Origin: Seison nebaliae
Taxonomy: Eukaryota
Reading direction: 5' to 3'
NCBI GenBank assembly: GCA_023231475.1
Contig: JALJEE010001474.1
Coordinates: forward strand, 1 to 53,333
DNA: 53,333 nucleotides
Positions 46,255-53,333 of this stretch are shown here, in pieces (within the stretch, counting starts at the first letter, position 1; each line of letters starts with the position of its first letter). The position numbers and the translations under genes are program-made. The notes below the pieces were generated by a model. That model had not been told where the DNA came from. It ran no database searches and saw only the letters and a program-made list of their open reading frames with translations.

Positions 46255-48711
46255 ATGACTGGTCACAAGAAAGCCGTTAACGCTCATTCATCGACGGCGA
46301 ATCGAAATAGTGAGATGGTAACTCACAATTTACCAGGTTTAATTAATCATAATAATCAAATAGTCGAATTTAATTCTGTCAGTTCTTAAATTTTTGATGA
46401 ATGCTCAGATGCAACATGGATTGCTCCATAAAGATTTTGAGCGTTATCGTCGTTACTGCAACCGACGATTGTTGAGAATAAGGAAATCAATCCATCAAAT
46501 CAATTCGAAAGGAAGAAAATTTCAGAAAGCTACATTGCCGATCAGTGGACATTCAATTAACGATGAACGATATCTTCAAATTCCTTTAATTTGTGCCGAT
46601 CGAGCATGGGCTTATGCTCAACAATTGTTAAGTGAACAAGACAAGAATAAGAGAAGTCGCCATCATTTTATGAGACGGATGCGGAAAGCCATCTACTATT
46701 GTGACATGATGGAGAAGTTGATGAGTAGTGGTAAATCAAATGAGAACATTCATGATTCCGACACTTCCAACGATCAAGATATGTCGACTAATGACCCTAC
46801 TGAGAATGATATCGATGAGTCAATGTCTGACAATTCGACGGAAATGGTAGAAGAAGATGATGATGATGATGATGATGAAATTCCTGAAATTACTAAAAGA
46901 GAAATCAAAAAAATTCAATTTGGAGATCGATATTCAGCTCGAACTAAATTGGAGATTCGTGCCTATTCTTTATGGATGCATGCATTCTATGCATTCTATC
47001 GTGAGGATTGGGCAAAATCAAAAAATCATTTTCACAATTCATTGTTTATTTCATTGTCATATCTTGTTCATCAACGTTTGTTCATTTCAGAATTATCTAT
47101 CAGAATTTAAGAGAATCTTTCGTACATGTCGATAATGAACGAGAGTTATACGATCAAAAATTGAAAGATATTCGAATTTACATGAGATATTGTCAATATA
47201 AAGAGACTGGTGATCAGGAATCCATCGACGTATTAAAAGAACAGAAAAGTGAAGAATTGAGTCAACAGAATGCATTGGCTAATGAGACTATGGTCGTTAT
47301 CAATCAGTTGTTGGTGGAAGCGAAAGAAGATCAAAAGAAAACGACAGATCAATTCAATTGGTTCAGTATCATATTGATGATTTCGAACGAGAAACAACGT
47401 CAATGGCTCAGACAACGGAATATGTTGGAAGAAGATCTTCAATTGAATGTCGAAGATGATTCTCGTCAATATCTGAATTTAATAGATAAACATTTAGTTT
47501 CGTTAACGGAAATCTCACAATATATTCGTGATGATTTGAGAAAAGAGAAAGTTTTTGAGAAATATTTAGACATTTATCATTCATTTAATCATTTTTAGAT
47601 GTCGGATCAAATGGAAGATTTATATCGTTTATCTCCAAACGAAATGAAACCAAAATTATTATTCTTACTTTGTCTCATGCAAAATCGTCTCATTCTGCAA
47701 AGTAGAAAGAATATTTTTCTTATTCGAAATTATGAAGAAGAAAATAAAGAAATTTTATCAGTCAGTTTGTCGTTTCTATTTCATTATCTATTTTAATTAA
47801 TCTTATTAGAAATTGGTAAATTGAAATATAAATCCCAAATATTTGTGAATCTTTTCGATAAGATTATTCAGGGTAGTATGGAATTATTGAAAGTGAATAA
47901 TTCGAATGAAGATATCCAATTCTTCAGTCAAATGATGGAAATTCGTCTGAATCTTTCACGTATTCGAAGAATTTATTATATCGCACTCTTTTACTTTTAT
48001 GGTGATAATTTCGAACGTTGTCTTTCACTAGTGGAATATGGTTCGAATAAACTGGAGAAATTTGTAAAGTTGAATTCGATTGAAAATCTCCTTCCAATTG
48101 TGAAGAAATATTTGGAAATATCTGTCGACTTAAAATTCCATTTTCTCACTTTCATTCGATGTGAATTGGATGAAATTCTTCAAGCGAATACTTCTGTTCG
48201 TCAGATTCGTTTGGATTTCCAACATCTTACTGCAATGGTACGAACTTCTAAATTCACTCAACGAACAACGAAGTTGTTAGAGATGTCTGCTAATCGAGAA
48301 CAATTCGATAATGAATTTACGAAGAAATATTTCGAAGAGAAATCAAATAAAGTTTTCTTTATTATTTTACAATGAAATTGTTTCACTAAATGAAATTTAA
48401 TTCTTATAAAGGAATTGGAACATCGTATGAATGTTTGGTGCGATTGTTCTACATTCAAAAATCTTAATCAGATGTCTGTTACGGTTAATCAAATAATGAA
48501 TGATGATAAATTAAAAATCGAGGAATTATTACCGAACATTCTCGACGTGAATTTGGAGATGGAACCGTTGCCCGCACTTCCAACATTCTACGACTTAGCA
48601 CAAGGTCACATTGAAATGCCGAATCTTCAAGATAAAATCAAATCGAAAGATACTTCTTATGCGAGTAATGTCGGCGATTTGGTCAAACGTTTCCTTTGGT
48701 TTGGCAAATGA
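46255..48711 (+). CDS. SRP68: Signal recognition particle subunit SRP68, 736 aa, 6 exons (46255-46336, 46383-47043, 47091-47550, 47599-47764, 47810-48351, 48412-48711)
   Basis: AQMQHGLLHKDFERYRRYCNRRLLRIRK, RYLQIPLICADRAWAYAQQL, ARTKLEIRAY, MRYCQY, EPLPALPTFYDLA and a terminal FLWFGK. Exons sum to 2211 nt in frame. Confidence 0.95.
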
Positions 48712-49290
48712 TTAATTCATATTAAATTATTAAAAATATTTATTTTCTCTCAATAAAATTATTCATTCTATCTGAATTATATTACGTATCATATGTTATA
48801 TATTATACAATATATAATCATTTATTTTTACTAAAAAACCAAATTTTGTTAAGTAATATTAGAGTAAAGTATTAGAGGTATTCCTAAAAATTAGTAGGTA
48901 AGAGAATAATAAACAAATTTTAAATAATATCAAAATTGTTTTTGTTTTCAAATAATTCCTAACGTGATTTTACATAAGATAATTCAACAAATAAATTTGG
49001 ACTTTGGGATTATTAATTAAAAATTAAGTTAAAGTTTTTCCCTTCATTTATCAATTGCCCTACAGTATAAGTAAAAGAAGTATAATAAAAAAAAATTGTA
49101 TGAAGTTGTTTTTATGTATGGATGATATTGTGGAAGACCAATATAATATATATATATATAAATATATAATAATGAATGGTATCTTTAGAAATAGTTACCA
49201 CCGTAATTCGATTGTAACTACATTATTTTCTATGAATTTGTCAAAAATAAAAGAAGTTTGTTTTTAGAAAACATTTAAGGAGAAAAGAGT

Positions 49291-51041
49291 TTAATAAGAT
49301 GTATCTTTTTGAGTTTGAGGTTCCAACATGTTTACTTTCTCTAAAACAACAGATTTGTCTCTTTTTTGTCGGTTTGAGTAAATGATGAATGAAATGCAAA
49401 CGTATGCCATAATAACGAAGAGCATGATAATTGTGGTAAAAGGAAATAGTTGTTGTTGTTTTTCTTCATCAAAAAATGGGAATTTAATGATAGGTTTTAA
49501 TGCAAACACTTCAATTCCTGCTAGTGTCCGTAACAGTATACCCATACAAAGACTGATGACATAAGAAATTTTGTGCGTATATTTAAAATATATGACGATG
49601 ATTAATTGAGGAAAGATTGAAATGTAGACGACATCGGCTGCTAATATCCAGAGTGAGTAGATCGATTGCACTAAATATGCCAAGATTGTAGCAATGATTG
49701 CTGCAACAAATGTGCTTATGCGAGTGACTATTGTGAGTTCTCTGGTGGAACACTGATGATTCAGATCAAATTTAGAATATTCATAAGAACAATAACATTT
49801 TTTCGTATGATTATATTCCAAACATTATAAGAGAACATGGAAGCAGAAGAAAGAATTGCTGAATCTGCACTAGACATAACCGCTGCTGTTATTGCCCCTA
49901 GACCACACCAACCAACTGCTTTAGGTGTTAAAGTTTTTAATGTGATAGATAATATATCAGTTGGTAAGATTTCAATTTCCGTCCTATTTCCATAAATCAT
50001 TTGCCAATCTATAAAGAATGAGATAAAGGAAAGAAATGTAAATTATATTCACAAAATATTCCGAGTAACCGACATTTCGAGCAACCATGCCTATCGTCAA
50101 TGATGGTATTCCCATGGTGGTGCAGAAGACAGCCGCAGCAAAAGATAATGGTATAATTCTAGAGAAATTTTTGATGGCTAAAATACGTTGGAAATACGAC
50201 TACATTGTAATTAATGAAAAATAATGAAACTAATTAATAAAAACTTGCCAAGGTATTCCACCTAATATGAGTAATAAGAATTGATCAACATATCTACCAA
50301 TATCTTTTGGTTCTATTTTACCCCAATAAATTTCAAAAGATGCCGTCGTATTATTTGATGACAGTCTATTATTAACAGCTGGATGATTGATCATAAACGG
50401 TATGGCTAATACTAAACCAAAAAGAATGCATAGAAGTTGTAAAACATCCGTATATGCTACAGCGAATAGACCACCGAAAAATGTGTAAATTACAACTAAG
50501 GAAGCCGATCCGATTATACAAAAGAGTAAAGATATTCCAGATATCGTATGTAATGTATGTCCTAAAACTGCGAGAATTGCCGAACACCAAAATATCTCAC
50601 CACATATCGCTGGCAACAAAACTAGAGCTCCCAATTTTTTCCCATATGCTATTTGGAAGGGATCAATCATTGTCGTATATTTGCTGTCTCTCATTCTTTT
50701 CGCAAATAAATATCCCCCAATTACTAACGACATCGGATAGGAGATGATGGCTTGTACCCATAATAATCCATAACTATATGCAGCTTCAGCAATACCATTT
50801 ACATATCCACCACCAACCCATGTAGCTATGAAGGACAATAAACTGTGAATATTCAGCAGTACAAATTCCAACCTGTCATTGTAAAAATACTCACAATTAT
50901 GCCCAACTCTCGATTAGCTAACATAAGATCTTTTTGTTTTTTATGCCGTTGTTTGTACCAGCTGATGATACAGCCGAAAACCATTATACCCACCATAAAA
51001 ATGATGACCACCGACAATCCGATAATGACATCAATATCCAT
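49291..51041 (-). CDS. SLC5A7: High-affinity choline transporter (sodium:solute symporter), 517 aa, 5 exons (51041-50873, 50825-50245, 50199-50070, 50008-49797, 49752-49291)
   Basis: FTMTATWVGGGYVNG, YTTMIDPFQ, VAYTDVLQL, GGIPWQSYFQR, AAVMSSADSAILS and YISIFPQL. Exons sum to 1554 nt in frame. Confidence 0.93.
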
Positions 51042-51682
51042 TTTCTATTCCGATTCAAATTGGTTGTAGGAATATAATTATTTTTCTTTTAATCTCTCAC
51101 AAAGTGATAAGTCTCCCGAGGAGAAGGATGAGGAAATATTTGTTTACTTATTTTCTCGTAAGTTTATTTTTTTTGAAGTAGAGTGAAGTTTATTATATCG
51201 TCAAAATTGATAAGAGATTATGGATATATTCATATTTGCTTTAAAGTTTAGTGGGAAGCTCAAATACATGTCGACTCATTACATCTTCAACAACACATTC
51301 TTATCATATGTGACTCGTTTACTAATTCCCAATAAAAATATGATTAAATAATAAAAAATAAACTTTCTAATTGACGAAAAGATTGTTACGATAAAATATT
51401 CCAAACTTTATCAATCGACATCTTTCTCGATGGGGCACATAATTACCTCTCACTCTTTGACGATATTTCCTCCCATTCGATATTGTTTGACATATCTCTC
51501 TCAATTCATCCTTCATAACAAAACACATTTTATTATTAACGATAATATTTGTGATAACAGATTATTCAATTTTTCTCGTAAAGATGAGATAAAAATAAGA
51601 TTTTTTAAAAACTGCTTCGCGAGAGAAGAAAATATTTCAAATAAATTAATTAAATTAAATGTAGAATATTAGATAATTCAAT

Positions 51683-52138
51683 TTAAGGTGTATTCATTCG
51701 TTTCCTACTTAATCCGTCCATGTTGTTTTTCAGTAGAATTGTATAGGCCTTAGCGGAAGAAAGTGAGTGAAAGGAGAGAAATTTATAATAATGATATGGA
51801 ACCATAGTAAATCGATTGAGATCTTTCGACATGACAACGGTGGAGATTCTTTTTTTCGCCATTTTCGCTCTTAATAGACATCGATTCTCATTCGAAGATG
51901 TCGTTGGTTGTTTTCCATCTTTGCTAATTGGCGTTTTCCTTCCATCGTCTAATGGATAAAATTTATCAGCAAATAAAAGTTCGCTAAATCTAACATTGCT
52001 TCATTGTCAAATAAACGGAATGTTCTTTCTTTGATTGTTTAAATAAATTCATCAACTCTAAGAGAAACTATTTAAAATTAACAAGAATGAAGATCTCTAA
52101 ACATTTCCACCAACCTGCTCATTATTCATTAAAGTCAT
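51683..52138 (-). CDS. SRP14: Signal recognition particle subunit SRP14, 102 aa, 4 exons (52138-52115, 52067-51995, 51948-51803, 51748-51683); not in the ORF track
   Basis: Spliced translation MTLMNNEQFLLELMNLFKQSKKEHSVYLTMKQYDGRKTPISKDGKQPTTSSNENRCLLRAKMAKKRISTVVMSKDLNRFTMAYTILLKNNMDGLSRKRMNTP contains the SRP14 motifs EQFL, SVY..K.YDGR, CLLRA, KISTVV and NMDGL. Confidence 0.95.
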
Positions 52139-52226
52139 GATTTCAGTAAATGTGTCGCGATTGGCACTGATATTATTTTTCTTATTTTTTTTGAAGCTTA
52201 AAATTCATTTTGACATATATTATTAT

Positions 52227-52262
52227 ATATGCAACATATGCAACATATGCAACATATGCAAC
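52227..52262. repeat. (ATATGCAAC)4 perfect tandem repeat
   Basis: Four exact 9-nt copies about 90 nt upstream of the SRP14 ATG. Confidence 0.9.
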
Positions 52263-52459
52263 AAGATATTATAATAATTATTTCTCTAAATTGTTCTAAA
52301 AATACCTGGATTATATAAAAACTTATATTTATTTACAAAATAGACATATTTTAGAAATATTTATTTAATTGTTGGAAGTTCTAGGACAAAAATGAAAAAG
52401 TTGATTCATCAATTTGACATGTGAATCATAAAAACAATCCGATTTAACAGATAAAATTT

Positions 52460-52532
52460 TGGAGATGCCGGGTATCGATCCCGGTACCTCTTACATGCTA
52501 AGCAAGCGCTCTACCATTTGAGCTACATCCCC
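52460..52532 (-). tRNA. tRNA-Ala-AGC: tRNA-Ala (anticodon AGC)
   Basis: GGGGATGTAGCTCAAATGGTAGAGCGCTTGCTTAGCATGTAAGAGGTACCGGGATCGATACCCGGCATCTCCA folds as a cloverleaf with the G3:U70 alanine identity pair, the eukaryotic Ala-type ATCGAT T-loop, and a T4 run just downstream. Confidence 0.97.
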
Positions 52533-52938
52533 ATGAGAGTTTGCCCCATAAACACGATAAAATACAAATTCAATCACAAATTAAGAAATTTTGGTTAAGA
52601 AAATACAAGATTTAAAGTTAACCATAAATCATTAAACAACTTAACACCTTGTCTAAAACAAGTGGTTTAATGCTCCAATGTTGTTGGAAGATTTTGAACA
52701 AAAAATTATTGAAGATTTCAAGGAATTTTTTCAATCTTCCATTTTTAACTCTTCCCTATCACTTCGGACTAGAGTGACAGTAAAAACTTTGACTAAGATA
52801 ACCTATAAATTTTATTAAAAATAGTGGATAGTAATGAGTAACTGGTATTTCTTTGGAACATAAAATTTATCGTTATATTAATCAAATTGATATATCATTC
52901 CGAATCTTTTGGAATAAGTGATATCTTCATATGCTCAC

Positions 52939-53075
52939 TAGTGATGGGGATACGAAGTGCGAAGGGAAATTAATTTCTTCGTCCCCCTTTTAATAAATGA
53001 AAAATTCCAAACATCTTCCCTTCGCGAGCTATACATACTCCCACTTCGCGAAGGGAAACGAAGTGAAGGAAAGAA
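52939..53075. mobile_element. Possible left end of a hAT-like non-autonomous element
   Basis: Starts TAGTGATGGG and is followed by GC-richer direct and inverted copies of CGAAG(GG/TG), including the near-palindrome CCCACTTCGCGAAGGG. The right end was not identified. Confidence 0.35.
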
Positions 53076-53333
53076 AAGGAGAAAAAAAGGGACGGCGAAG
53101 CAACATTTTTTTGAAAGTCCTTTTCCTACTTTAACGGATAGAATAGTACTGGGACAATATATTCGTTGAAAAATTATGATAGGGAGAAAAATATATTTTT
53201 TTAGGAATAAAAATTTTTATAGATACAAAAAAATCCGATCAATAATCCACATTCATTCACTGTTGAAGTTGATCTGTTCGATCAGTATTTTTCCTCAATT
53301 ATGTTTGATAATCGTATTTCGTGCAATGATACT

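Noticed and set aside
52957..53169. 70-aa ORF or 7SL RNA near SRP14
   Set aside because: The ORF has a GTG start inside a repeat-like element, and the SRP helix-8 motif was not found.

Overview
AT-rich, gene-dense eukaryotic DNA from a metazoan with a compact genome, judged from its ionotropic receptor, Unkempt, PASK, SLC5A7 and CD36 genes. The lineage cannot be fixed from sequence; a syndermatan/rotifer-like invertebrate is only a guess. I spliced the genes by hand into 15 protein-coding models: DUF4806-like, TMEM126, UNK, a divergent ionotropic receptor, a 3001-aa INTS3, two PGAM5-like pseudophosphatases, a USP-like protease, an orphan, SLX4, PIN4, a CD36-family receptor, PASK, SRP68, SLC5A7 and SRP14 make up the set together with one further uncertain ORF. 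SRP14 is missing from the supplied ORF track. There is also a tRNA-Ala(AGC) and a cluster of decayed DNA transposons in the first 5 kb. The main observation is that all 38 introns I could reconstruct are 42-61 nt long and begin with GTT, never GTA or GTG, with little conservation at +4 to +6. This points to a rewired 5' splice-site code. Other notable items are a convergent pair of apparently secreted, catalytically dead PGAM5 paralogs beside an intronless divergent USP-like deubiquitinase, a PASK lacking PAS domains, an Unkempt lacking its RING, and a possible operon-like PIN4-CD36 junction. All family assignments rest on remembered motifs, not database searches.
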